Positions 19,138 to 29,600 of a stretch of DNA of 64,000 nt are shown here, one piece after another. The DNA lies in contig CAXXFL010000006.1 of assembly GCA_963674965.2 (NCBI GenBank), positions 224,001-288,000 of the forward strand, in the 5' to 3' direction. A program made the position numbers and the translations under genes. Each line of letters starts with the position of its first letter. The stretch's first letter is position 1. Source of the DNA: a bacterium. Its GTDB lineage: Bacteria; RBG-13-61-14; DATKZS01. The notes under the pieces were generated by a model. It saw only the letters and a list, made by a program, of their open reading frames with translations. It made no database searches and had not been told where the DNA came from.

Positions 19138-21543
19138 CTAGGGCGCGATAATCAGCTCTCCCATCATTTGGTCGCGGTAGTCTTGCTCGTCCATGCTCAT
19201 GATGAAGTATTGTCCTTCCAGCCAGGCGGGCATGAGGTTGTTGTATCTCGCGGACCTGGGGTTGTCTCCGTTTCCTGAGGTGGCGTTGAAGATGATTTTT
19301 CTGGGGTCGTCGAAATCGACGATGATCCGGGAGGACGGCCCGACGAAGTCCATGTACCCGAGGGGTCCGAGGCCGAAGTGGTTGGCGGCGTTGATGGTCT
19401 CTCCCGTTCCGGGTACCGGGTAGGGACCTTTGGAATATTTTTTCGTGGCGCCGGGAATGGACACGAAGGCGGGGGAGAGGGTGAGGACGGACACGTCTCC
19501 CCACCGCCACCTCGAGGCGAGGAGGCCCTGGTTCCGATACATCCGCTTCATGGCCCTTCGCATGGTCTTTCGCGTTATGTCCTTTCTGGTCTCCCGCTTC
19601 ATGGTCCTCACGTCGTCGTACCAGGCGTTGTCCGGGTCGTCGATTATCTTGTTCAGCCCCTCCTGCATGAGGCTGGACGCCCGCATGGCCACGGTAAGGG
19701 TGCCCTTCAGCTCATCCCCGAACACGGCCTCGGGGAACTTGGTAGTAAAGAACTCGTAAACGCAGACGCCCCTCGAGTCCAGGTCCGCCCGGTATCCCCG
19801 CCCTTCCCATTCCCGCAGGATGGCGGCGGCCTTTTTAAGGACCGGGTCGGAAGTCCCCTCCAGGTCGCCCAGGATGAGGGGGACCATGGTCCGGGCGCTG
19901 TATACCGAGACGTCGTACTGGATGCGCTTCATGTCCTCCGCGTCGTGGATGGGTTTTTCCTCGATCAGCTCGGAAATCCTGTGGGCCCGGCTGGGTCCGA
20001 TGTATCCCTGGGTGATGTAATAGGGATAGTCCGGCGTCTCGACGCGGTTGTTGGCCGTCGCGATGTAACCCTTCTTCGGGTTGACCAGGTGGGGGTTGTC
20101 CTGGAAGGGCACAAACCCCCGCCAGTCGCTTTCCTCCTCCCATCCTTTCCTGGCGATCGCGCCCTGGTTGTCGGAGCGGATGGGGATATGGCCGCTGGTC
20201 CAGTAGGCGATGTTCCCGTCCGCGTCGGCGTAGGTATGGTTCCAGGCGAAGGGGCCCATGGACATGCCCGCCGCCCCGTCTTTCCACTCCTCGAGGTTTT
20301 TCGCCCGGGCCATCTCCTGGTATCCCTTGAAAAAGGCGGCGTAGTCCATGTCCACGAACCTTATGGCCATGACCTCGCCGGGCTCGGATGGCACGTTCCA
20401 TCCCAGGAGGTCCTTTTCGATGACCACGCCGTGCCTGGTGTGGCGCATGTCGTAGGCGAGCGGTTTTTTGCCGCTGATCTTTACCTCTCCCTTTTCGATC
20501 TCGAATGGTACCCACTCCCCTTTGGCCATGTACTCGGAGGGGTCGTCGGGATTGACCTTTTCCCTCCACAGGTCCACGTAGTCCATGCCCACGTTGGTCA
20601 GGACCCATCCGAGCTTGCCGTTGGTGGCGGCGCCATAGCAGGGGAAGCCAGAGAACATGAGTCCCATCACGTCGTAATTGGGGCTCTTGATGTGGCAGTG
20701 GTACCAGAAGGTGGGCGCAATGGTGATGGGCACGTGGGGGTCGTTGCAAAGGAGGGGCTTACCCGATCTTGTCCTATTTCCGGCCAGGGCCCAGTTGTTC
20801 GAGCCGAGGCCCTCGAGCGGCCCGGGCAAAAAGGGCCTCGGTGCGGCGGCCAGGAGCGGCTCGTCCCGCGTGATGATGACCCAGTCGTCGGGATAATGGG
20901 GCATGAAGAAGTCGCGGACCTCGTCCCCATGGTCCCGCCTGATCCGCTCGAGATAGTACTCGTCAAGGTAGGCCGAGTAGGACATGGTCAGACCCATGAG
21001 TCCCGCCACCACGTAGCCGTCCTCCATGGTCCAGGGCGCGGGCTCCTGGCCAAAGGTGGCGTTGAATTGAATGCCGCGCCCGCCGCTCTCGAGGTACTTG
21101 TTCACGCCCCGAGTGAAGGCCTCGAGCAGGGCCCGGCTTTCCGGGTCCATGGCGGCCACGCCCTCCTTGGCCGAGCGCTCGAACTGGAGCGTCCGCGCCA
21201 TGATGTCGATATGGGGAAGGTCCACGCCGAGAAGCTTGACGGGAGAGCCGATCAACTCGGACAGGCGTCCGGCCCCGGCCCTTCGAAACATCTCCATCAT
21301 CATGAACCTGTCCTGGGCCATGGAGAATCCCACCGCGTAGAACAAGTCCTCATCGTTTTCCGCCGCGATATGGACGCACCCGTTCTTGTCCCTGACCACC
21401 GAGACGGGGGCGGACACGTCCATGCCCGTCAGCTCTCCCTGGACGGGATCGTACCTGTCCAAGTCCGGCACGGAGCAGGCCATGACCGAAACGAGAAGAG
21501 CCAGGGCCGCAAATCTTGAAGTGAAATAGAAAAGCCTCGCCAT
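19138..21543 (-). CDS. Penicillin acylase family Ntn-hydrolase (S45), lipoprotein
   Basis: GSNNWAL autoproteolytic Ser, NDPH, AQDR, TANN; lipobox-like VMAC. Confidence 0.9.
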   Translation of the reverse strand: MARLFYFTSRFAALALLVSVMACSVPDLDRYDPVQGELTGMDVSAPVSVVRDKNGCVHIAAENDEDLFYAVGFSMAQDRFMMMEMFRRAGAGRLSELIGSPVKLLGVDLPHIDIMARTLQFERSAKEGVAAMDPESRALLEAFTRGVNKYLESGGRGIQFNATFGQEPAPWTMEDGYVVAGLMGLTMSYSAYLDEYYLERIRRDHGDEVRDFFMPHYPDDWVIITRDEPLLAAAPRPFLPGPLEGLGSNNWALAGNRTRSGKPLLCNDPHVPITIAPTFWYHCHIKSPNYDVMGLMFSGFPCYGAATNGKLGWVLTNVGMDYVDLWREKVNPDDPSEYMAKGEWVPFEIEKGEVKISGKKPLAYDMRHTRHGVVIEKDLLGWNVPSEPGEVMAIRFVDMDYAAFFKGYQEMARAKNLEEWKDGAAGMSMGPFAWNHTYADADGNIAYWTSGHIPIRSDNQGAIARKGWEEESDWRGFVPFQDNPHLVNPKKGYIATANNRVETPDYPYYITQGYIGPSRAHRISELIEEKPIHDAEDMKRIQYDVSVYSARTMVPLILGDLEGTSDPVLKKAAAILREWEGRGYRADLDSRGVCVYEFFTTKFPEAVFGDELKGTLTVAMRASSLMQEGLNKIIDDPDNAWYDDVRTMKRETRKDITRKTMRRAMKRMYRNQGLLASRWRWGDVSVLTLSPAFVSIPGATKKYSKGPYPVPGTGETINAANHFGLGPLGYMDFVGPSSRIIVDFDDPRKIIFNATSGNGDNPRSARYNNLMPAWLEGQYFIMSMDEQDYRDQMMGELIIAP

Positions 21544-21610
21544 AATTATTCTCCCTCCATGGGATGAATCCTATTACGGCGAGGCTTTATTTGTCAATTG
21601 GCAAAATCAA

Positions 21611-22582
21611 TCAGGCCGGCGGATAATGCAGGGAATACAAGCTCCTCCATCCCTTGGTAAAGGGCTTTTTCAGCACGGCCTCGATCTCTTCTTTTGGGCG
21701 CTGGGACATTTCCTCGGCCGGCGGCAGAACGCCCGCGGGAAAGCGCTCCATTATGTCGCCAATCAATTTCTCGATGTAATCGAGGAGCGCCTCGATGCCG
21801 GGCCTGGCCTTGTCCGCGTCGGCTAAAGAGGTCTTGCCCACGCATCCCTCCGGATAGGCGGCGAACTCGACGGGACCGAGTCCGACCTGTCCGTACCAGG
21901 TAATGGGACGATGGAGCAGGCACCCGGCCTTGTCCACGTGGCCGTCGGGCAGGTATCCACGCGGCTGAGTGTCCACGGCGTCGTCCATCTTGATCATCTC
22001 GGGGAAGAGCCCGAGGGACCAACTGGTCTCGACCTCGTCGGCGTGGATGAAGTCGGTCTGGTAGGGCCCTCCGTCCTTCTCGAGCTTGAAGTGTTGGGGC
22101 ACGGCGTGATACCAGTTGAGGTTGACCAGGACCGACGGCACCTGGTAGGTCTTGGCGAACTGGTGGATGGCCGTGGGTATGACGTACTCCTGGCCGTGGC
22201 CGTTTAATAGTATCTGCTTCCTGAACCCCATGTTCCACAGGCCGGCTATCATGCTCTTGACCATGCCCGTGAAGATTTCCTCGGGAACGACAACGGTCCC
22301 GGGCATGCCCATGTGATGGAAGGGGTGGCTTCCGTACCACAAAGGCTGGGCCACGGTGCAGCCCGCGGCCTTGGCCACCTGCTCGGCCATGCGGGTAACC
22401 AGGAAGGTGTCCTCCCCGATGCAGGCGCAGGGGCCGTGGTTCTCGGTCGAGCCGAGGGGAACGATGATAAGGTCGCAATCGTCCAGCCTCTCGCCAATTT
22501 CCTTCATGGTCATATTCTGGAGGTAAACTCCACTGGCCAGGTCCATGTGTCCGCCCTGGGGAGGTATTTGCCATTTGCTCAT
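21611..22582 (-). CDS. iolN: 3-dehydro-scyllo-inosose hydrolase (creatininase family)
   Basis: GSTENHGP, GEDTFLVTRMAEQVA, NGHGQE, HADEVETSWSL, HRPITWYG; closely resembles Thermotoga IolN as I recall it. Confidence 0.8.
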   Translation of the reverse strand: MSKWQIPPQGGHMDLASGVYLQNMTMKEIGERLDDCDLIIVPLGSTENHGPCACIGEDTFLVTRMAEQVAKAAGCTVAQPLWYGSHPFHHMGMPGTVVVPEEIFTGMVKSMIAGLWNMGFRKQILLNGHGQEYVIPTAIHQFAKTYQVPSVLVNLNWYHAVPQHFKLEKDGGPYQTDFIHADEVETSWSLGLFPEMIKMDDAVDTQPRGYLPDGHVDKAGCLLHRPITWYGQVGLGPVEFAAYPEGCVGKTSLADADKARPGIEALLDYIEKLIGDIMERFPAGVLPPAEEMSQRPKEEIEAVLKKPFTKGWRSLYSLHYPPA

Positions 22583-22768
22583 GTCTGCATCTCCTTGTCC
22601 ATAGAATTGATATCGCCTGGGGACCGGCCATCATATCCGGTCCGATCATACACATTATAGCAGTATTATCGGAAAAGGGACCAAGCCATGAGACGGACTT
22701 CAAAGATGAATAATGCAGGTTGTACTCCGCTTGGTAGGCGTAAGGCGATGAGTTCGATCATGGGCGCG

Positions 22769-23005
22769 TTACTCGCCCGATTCATTTATTGCGTCAAATA
22801 TGTTTTCCACCAGCCTATATACGGTCGTGCCCGTTGTCCTTGGCCAGTCTTCGCAAGGAGGATTGTCAATTTCCTTGGCGCGCCTTACCGCGTCTTCGAT
22901 TCTCTCCCAGTTGAAAAGGCTTGACCGGATTCCTTTATCGTAGTCGGGACAATGCCTTTTCAATCTGTCCTTACAGACTCTGGCGCTGGTTACGTTATCA
23001 ATCAA
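22769..23005 (-). pseudogene. RloB-like C-terminal fragment
   Basis: LKRHCPDYDKG...IEDAVRRAKEID...TGTTVYRLVENI resembles RloB C-termini; the frame has an upstream stop and no N-terminal half. Confidence 0.5.
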
Positions 23006-23164
23006 GGATGTAGCTTTCAGGACGAGCTTCGGACTTGGTCCGGAGAAAACAGAGAATCAGGGGCCAAACAGAGAAAGAAAGGCGGGAGAATGGGGAGAAT
23101 CGGCGGTGCGGAGAGGTGCTTTGGAATGATGTAAAACAGGCGCAACCCCTTTAGAAACAAGGGG

Positions 23165-23212
23165 AAAAAGAAAAACCGTCACCCCGGAGAATGACCCCAG
23201 AGAGACGGGTTT
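23165..23212 (-). terminator. Rho-independent terminator after the displaced tmRNA-like 3' end
   Basis: Minus strand AAACCCGTC...GACGGTTT hairpin followed by TTCTTTTT. Confidence 0.6.
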
Positions 23213-23224
23213 GTCTTTTCTAAA

Positions 23225-23254
23225 TGGTGGAGGCGGCGGGAATCGAACCCGCGT
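23225..23254 (-). repeat. att site: tmRNA (ssrA) 3'-end fragment with CCA
   Basis: Minus strand ACGCGGGTTCGATTCCCGCCGCCTCCACCA = T-arm + acceptor strand typical of tmRNA; 25 bp are identical to 47864-47888. Confidence 0.82.
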
Positions 23255-24334
23255 ATTTTCGGGGTCGGACACACCACTTAACTCTCTGTATCCATTAGTA
23301 AATTCGGTTCCGTCGATTTCGATTGTGTCATCGCTGGACACACATTGGACACACTTTCCAAGGTCCGAAAATAGTCTTTCGGTGAGTTCTGAGAGCCTCG
23401 CGTGTGAAGTCTTGGCATAGACGTTCATGGTGAGGTCCGGGGTTGAATGCCTGGCCAGAGTTTGTACTTCTTTTACGTTGGCTCCCACTTCAACCGTCCT
23501 GGTGATGAAGGTTGTTCTGAACGAATGGAAATCGATCTTTCCTTCTGAAGTCCATTTGGGGATGTCCGCTGCCTCCATGTCCTTGTCGAGTTCTCGGGCC
23601 GTGTGAGACGGAACATAAAGGAGTGGCTTGCTCGGAGACAGGCCGGTCGAATGCTTCACCAGCTTGTCCATCAGCCACTGGGGTATCGGTTGGACGCCTC
23701 TTTTTCTGTTCTTGGTCCAACGAGAGCGGAGGGCGAGAGCGCCCAACTCCGGCTTCAAGTCCTGCACGGTCAATGAGCGAATCTCATTAGCGCGAAGTCC
23801 GGTGTTGAGGGCCACCTCATAAAGCAAGCGGCGATCATCCGGGGCGACCTGAAGAAGTTTTAGAATTTCTTCTGTAGAAAGAGCACGTCGGTAGCTTTGA
23901 GGGCGGGTATCATAGCTTGTGAGTTTCGTAAGCGGGTCTTCGGACAGGTAGCCACGATCAACCGCCCAATTGCAAAAGGCGCAAAGCGCTTCACTGTAGT
24001 TCTGGAGGGTCTTTCCACTCAGGCCTTCTTTTTGAATATCCCTGAGAATCGATTCAACCCGTGGCAGGATGCCGTAAAGCTCACCCAGGGTAGTTAGACC
24101 GAGTTGCTCCTTCCACCATTGCAAGTGGGCCTTTCGCATCCGGGCATGGACATCACCCCAGGGAAGGCCACCGCGACCACCCTTGGATTCTCCCCAGGCC
24201 AGGTACTCGTCCATCACTCTGGAGACAGGACGGGTCCGTTCCTTGTCGGACTTCTTCGCAGGCGGCCCTCTGTGCCAACGTAGATGAGACACTTCCCCTA
24301 TGTTAAATTACTGTAGGGCGGGGGAGGTATTAGG

Positions 24335-24874
24335 ATGTATAGAGAGATGGATGAAGACAGGAAGAAGGCAGGGATTGTTGGGGAGACGGAGGGAGCCCGT
24401 AGGGCGACCGGAGTCTCCCCAACCGGGACGGCCGAGCCGGAGGACACTCCGGCCAAGCGGCCCGAGCGGGGAGGGGCGCCGATCATTCTTCCCGAGCCGG
24501 AGGTCCCGGAAAAGCCCGCCCGGCGGCGCTTCACCGCGGCTTACAAGCTCGCAATCCTCGGGAAGGCCGACGCCTGCTCGGGGCATGGCGAGGTCGGCGC
24601 CCTGCTGCGCCGGGAGGGCCTTTATTCGTCGCACCTGACGGCCTGGCGCAAGCAGCGGGACGAGGGGGCCTTGAAAGCGCTTTCGCCCGTAAAGCGGGGC
24701 CGCAAGCCCAAGGCCAAAAACCCGCTGGCCGATGAAGTGGCCCGCCTCGAGCGCGAGAACCGGAAGCTCCAAAAGCGGCTCGAACAGGCCGAGATGATAA
24801 TCGACTTCCAAAAAAAAGTTGCCGATCTGCTGGGGATACCCCTGGCCAAGCCGCCCGGCGAAGAGAGCGAATGA
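24335..24874 (+). CDS. IS3-like OrfA (HTH + coiled coil)
   Basis: RRRFTAAYKLAIL, LLRREGLYSSHLTAWR, leucine-zipper-like LERENRKLQKRL; the true start may be downstream. Confidence 0.8.
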   Translation: MYREMDEDRKKAGIVGETEGARRATGVSPTGTAEPEDTPAKRPERGGAPIILPEPEVPEKPARRRFTAAYKLAILGKADACSGHGEVGALLRREGLYSSHLTAWRKQRDEGALKALSPVKRGRKPKAKNPLADEVARLERENRKLQKRLEQAEMIIDFQKKVADLLGIPLAKPPGEESE

Positions 24875-25887
24875 TGGAATCGGCAAGCACGGCCGCTCCC
24901 CGGGTCGGCGTCAAGGCCGCCTGCGAGGCCCTGGGCCTGTCGCGGGCAACGTTTGACCGCCGCGCTAAAATTCCCTTCGGGCCTCCGCCGCCGAGGCGCG
25001 CGGCCAAGCCGGCAAGGTCGTTGAGCGAGGACGAGCGGCGCCGGGTGCTGGACGGACTCCACTCCGAGCGCTTTGCCGACAAGGCCCCCCGCGAGGTCTG
25101 GGCAACGCTCCTGGACGAGGGGACATGGCTGTGCTCGGTCCGCACCATGTACCGCGTCCTCGACTCGGAAAAGGAAGTCAGGGAGCGGCGCAACCAGCTT
25201 CGGCATCCCCGATACAAAAAACCCGAGTTGCTGGCCGAGGCCCCCAACCAGGTCTGGTCCTGGGACGTCACCAAGCTCAAGGGACCGGCCAAATGGACCT
25301 GCTACCAGCTCTACGTGATCATGGATATCTTCAGCCGCTGCGTGGTGGGCTGGATGATCGCCCGCCGCGAGAGCGCCGAGCTGGCCCGCCGCCTGATCGG
25401 GGACAGCATCCGAAAACAGGAGATCGAGCCGGGACAACTCACAATCCACGCCGACCGGGGGAGTTCGATGAAATCAAAGCCGGTGGCCTTCTTGATGGCC
25501 GACCTGGGCGTGACCAAGAGCCACTCGCGGCCCCACGTGTCCGACGACAACCCCTACTCGGAAAGCCAGTTCAAGACCATGAAGTACCGGCCCGAGTTCC
25601 CGAGCCGGTTCGGCTCCATCGAGGACGCCAGGGCCTTTTGCGTGAAGTTTTTCGATTGGTACAACCGCGAGCATCGGCACACCGGGATCGGCCTGATGAC
25701 GCCCGAGATGGTCCATTACGGAATGGCGAGCGAGATCGTGGCCGCCCGGCAAAAAACGCTCGACCACGCCTATGAAAAAAACCCGGAGCGCTTCGTGAAA
25801 AGACCGCCGACGGCGCCGGAGTTGCCCGGCAAAGCGTGGATCAACCCACCGGAGAAACCGGAGGAAACAAACAGTTTGCCACACTAA
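24871..25887 (+). CDS. IS3-like OrfB DDE transposase (rve)
   Basis: WSWDVT, IHADRGSSM, DNPYSESQFKT; ATGA overlap with OrfA. Confidence 0.9.
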   Translation: MMESASTAAPRVGVKAACEALGLSRATFDRRAKIPFGPPPPRRAAKPARSLSEDERRRVLDGLHSERFADKAPREVWATLLDEGTWLCSVRTMYRVLDSEKEVRERRNQLRHPRYKKPELLAEAPNQVWSWDVTKLKGPAKWTCYQLYVIMDIFSRCVVGWMIARRESAELARRLIGDSIRKQEIEPGQLTIHADRGSSMKSKPVAFLMADLGVTKSHSRPHVSDDNPYSESQFKTMKYRPEFPSRFGSIEDARAFCVKFFDWYNREHRHTGIGLMTPEMVHYGMASEIVAARQKTLDHAYEKNPERFVKRPPTAPELPGKAWINPPEKPEETNSLPH

Positions 25888-26311
25888 ATTCAGGAAAGGC
25901 GTGTCTCATTTTGCTTGACACATTCCGCGGACGATACCCAAGCCGAATCTGGCGGTGTTCGTCCTCAAGCCGGTCAGCCATTCTCCTGGTTTCGGCCCGG
26001 TTCTTGGTTCCTTCGAAGAACTTCCGCTTACCATTCTGGTCCGTGAACCAGCCCTGGTATTTACCGTTCTTTCTAGGTTTTTTTCTTACCCCTGCCATGT
26101 TAAGCTAATTCCCCCAAAGCCACTGTTTAAGAGGCTCAGCGCTGATTATGAGTATACCACAGATCCAGAAAATTTCAGCAAAAAAATCTACTATCAGAGC
26201 GAAAAAATTGTCCATGCCGATTGTTGTAGTTGTTGTGTTCAGATTATGTTGACTATCTGTTTTGTATTGTCAATTTTTCTAATAGAAATTTGCCCGCCAA
26301 TTTATTGTTTC

Positions 26312-26420
26312 TTACTTCAATCCCAGCTTGTTCAATCGGTTGTTGAGAGTCTTTCGCTTTATACCGAGAATCTCAGATGCTCCGCCAAGGCCTCCGATAT
26401 TGCCGTTGTTCTTCACGACT
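26312..26420 (-). pseudogene. Fis-type HTH remnant of a sigma-54 activator
   Basis: Manual translation NGNIGGLGGASEILGIKRKTLNNRLNKLGLK*; no upstream AAA+ domain. Confidence 0.55.
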
Positions 26421-26649
26421 CAAACAACCATAGGCGGATCATGCCGAAGGAATTTGACGCGATTTTTCCAGAAGACATTTTCCATAATCGTATGCTCGAA
26501 CTACTACAGCACGCAAAGCTATACAACGCCACCGGCTCTGTTGGATGACTCTACTGAATATTAAAATCATCTCTCTTGCATCGGATTTCATGATTCCTCC
26601 TATTGTGATGACCTGCCTCCCCCCCCCAAACCGGTCCAAGCTTAAAGCT

Positions 26650-29600
26650 TTAACCTGGACGGGAGTCATCATCCACCGCCGCCGGTTTTCCCATACGGAC
26701 GAGGACCCGGTGCTTTACCAATTCCCGATTCAGCATGATCAGGCCATCGTTAACGCGCTGACCGTCCAGTTCCACCAGGACAACGCCCCGTTCAGAGTGT
26801 TCCGCGTTCTCGACCTGGATTTCGTAGATCGCCTCACCATGGCGGTAGCTCAACTGAAAACCATCCCACCATCCGGGGATTACCGGATCTATCCGCAAAG
26901 TTTCTCCGCGCACTTTCAAACCCAGAATTTCCTCCACCCAGGCTCGGTACATCCATGCCGCTGAACCTGTATACCAGGACCAGCCGCCATGGCCGACCCA
27001 CCCGGTCAAATTATAGACGTCGGCCGCGACCACATAGGGCTCGACACCGTAACGCCAGACAGTTTCCGGATCTCGGGAGTGCTCGATCGGGTTGAGCAAG
27101 CGCATTATTTCTGCCGCCCTGGCGCCGTCTCCACTACGCGCCATTGCCATGGCCAACCACACGGCTCCATGGGTATACTGGCCTCCGTTCTCCCGCACCC
27201 CGGGAGGGTAATCCTTGATATAACCCGGAGATGGTTGTGCCTGGTCAAAGGGAGGATCAAAGAGCAGCACCAGCCTCTCGTCCTCGCGAACGAGATGGCG
27301 CCAGGCCGATTCCAGAGCCTCTCCGGCTCGGTCCCGGTCGCCGCCTCCAGATAGCCAGGCCCAGGATTGAGGCAGCGAATCGATCCGCGCTTCGAGATTC
27401 TTCTTGGCGCCTAGAGGCGAGCCATCATCAAAGAACGCTCGAAGATACCACTCACCGTCCCACGCGGATTGTTCCACCCTCTGGATCAGCTCTTTGCGAT
27501 CTTGCATATAGGCATCTCGCAGGTCGGTACAACCCAGGCTTTCAGACATCTGCGCCATCCCCTTGAGCACGTCCGCCAGAAACCAGGCCAGCCAAACGCT
27601 CTCTCCCTTGCCTCCGGCCCCCACGAGGTTCATTCCGTCGTTCCAGTCTCCGGTTCCCATCAAAGGCAGTCCGTGGACGCCAAAGTTTTGGCCGCGCCTG
27701 ACCGCTCTCTGACAGTGCTCGAAGAGGGTGGCCCGTTCGGATGAGGTCATCGGGGATTGATAGCTCTCGTGCTGTTCGTCCTTGAGGGGCGGCGCATCGA
27801 TAAAGGGGACCAACTCGCTCAGGATGTTCGAGTCGGCGGTGATCCTCAGGTATTGGGCAACGACAAAGGGCAGCCACAACAGATCGTCGGTGATTCGGGA
27901 GCGGATGCCCTCGCCGCGCGGCGGATGCCACCAGTGCTGGACATCGCCTTCCGGAAACTGACGGCCAGCGGCGAGCAGGATGTGCTCGCGCGCCAAGGCC
28001 GGGTTGGCGTAAAGCAGGGCCATCACGTCCTGCAACTGATCGCGGTAGCCGAAGGCGCCCCCGGACTGGTAAAAGGCGGAACGTCCCCAGACGCGGCAGA
28101 CCAGGTTTTGATAGGGAAGCCAGTGGTTGATCATGAAGTCCGCAGCCAACTCGGGGGTGTGGACTTTAATCGCTCCGAGTTGTTTGTCCCACCAGGATTG
28201 GGTCTGCCGGAGCGCTGCCTCTACCGCTTGCGCGTCACGATAGGCCGTAACCAGTTCATGGACCTCGGCCGTTGACGAGGCTTGGCCGAGCATGCAGGTG
28301 ATTTCGGCCCGCTCGCCGGGAGCCAGTTTGAGTGCGACCTGCAACCCGGCGCAGGGGTCCAGTCCGGCGCCAGTCCGGCCCCAAAGCCCGATCAGATCCA
28401 TCGCCGTCGGGTTAGCCATCGAGCGGTTGCGCCCAATGAAGGCGGTGCGGTCTCCAGTATAATTCTCCGCAGGCGCGCTTAACGCCGCGAAAGCTAATCG
28501 ATCCGCATAGTCGGGATGATAGCAATTGCGTGCGGTCACGGCTTGGACTTCGCCGTCCCAGTCGGTTACGACATGCATCTGGGAAGATTCTCGCGATTCA
28601 CCGAGGGTCCACTCCGCATAATATGTGACCGATAAATTGCGCGTTCTCGCGGTATCGTTTCGGAGAAAGAGCCTCGAGAGCTTAATCGGTTCGCCTCCGT
28701 GGTCATCGACTGGCGCGAAGACCGTCAGTTCCTGCTCGATGCCATGGCTGTTATGCTCGAAGACAGTGTACCCCGCCCCATGCCTGGCTCGGTAAGCGGT
28801 TTCCTCGCGGACAGGGGATGCTGTCGGCGTCCAATAGGCCCCGGTTTCCTCGTCCCGCACATAGATCGCTTCCGATGGTGAATCCATTACCGGGTCGTTC
28901 GACCAGGCTGTAATACGATTGCGCTGGCTGTTGCCCTGCCAGGTGAAACCTGCTCCGGTTTCGCTAACGAGGGTCCCGAAGGCTGGGTTGGCGATGATGT
29001 TGACCCAAGGCGCGGGCGTGTTCATGCCCGGCCCTAGATAGATGGCGTATTCCCGGCCATCCGGAGTAAACCCGCCCAGGCTGTTGAAGTAATCGAGTTC
29101 GAGAAAAGGGAGCGCTGCGGAAGGGTCCCTGGGATCTCTTTTGCCGACCATGGGTCGGAGCAGGTCGGGAGCTTCCGGAGAGACGCTCAATTGTTGAGGA
29201 AGAGCTCCACGGGCCGCGACCATCACCACGCTCGCCGCTGCCCGCAAAAGAGTCAGGTCGTCGGCGGGGATAAGATCAACGCCGCGCAAATGCACTCCCC
29301 CGGGACGGTCGATCCCGGTATGGGCCGAATGTGCCTGGATCAGGTGTTCGAGCTGTTCACGCAGAGGCTGCTCATAACCTCCGGCTTCCGCGTTGAGGAT
29401 GATCAAGTCGGCGCTTAATCCATGCAGGCGCCAATAAGCGTGGGCCTGGAGCATTTGGCGGACCAGTATCAAATCACTTGTCTCGTTAATGGCGACGAGG
29501 GCAATGGGCAAGTCGCCCGAAATTGCATAGGTCCACAACCCGGCCTGGCCCTTCCTGTTGTCGAGAATGCACTGTCTGGCGGAGCGTAGCAGCGGGTTGG

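Larger units (their letters stand above)
24266..25926 (+). mobile_element. IS3-like insertion sequence (1661 bp), GCGG direct repeat
   Basis: GCGG at 24262-24265 and 25927-25930; imperfect IRs TGTGCCAACGTAGATGAGACAC (24271) and GTGTCTCATTTTGCTTGACACA (25901-25922). Confidence 0.88.
23057..26098 (-). pseudogene. Tyrosine integrase A, interrupted by an IS (N part 25927-26098, C part 23057-24261)
   Basis: Removing 24262-25926 restores an in-frame 458-aa ORF (GYRPPAKK, compare integrase B GYRPPPKK). Catalytic TGLRANE, TKNR, HSFR, ARHS and VY are present. Confidence 0.9.

Noticed and set aside
18828-19141. Short ORFs between convergent genes
   Set aside because: Several overlapping frames with no SD or recognisable motif; cannot choose one.
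19378-21519. 713-aa plus-strand ORF and similar long antisense ORFs (1472-2332, 50346-51653, 53472-54320, 60476-61324)
   Set aside because: Shadow frames opposite well-supported genes in GC-rich DNA; no motifs.
23225-23300. Intact tRNA or tmRNA gene at either att copy
   Set aside because: Only the T-arm and acceptor 3' strand are present; the upstream sequence is integrase coding, with no 5' half.
26106-26216. 36-aa hydrophobic ORF MDNFFALIV...WGN upstream of integrase A (frame also open in island B, 49085-49336)
   Set aside because: The ATG is ATA in the sister copy, and the conservation is explained by the promoter and hairpin; not supportable as an excisionase.
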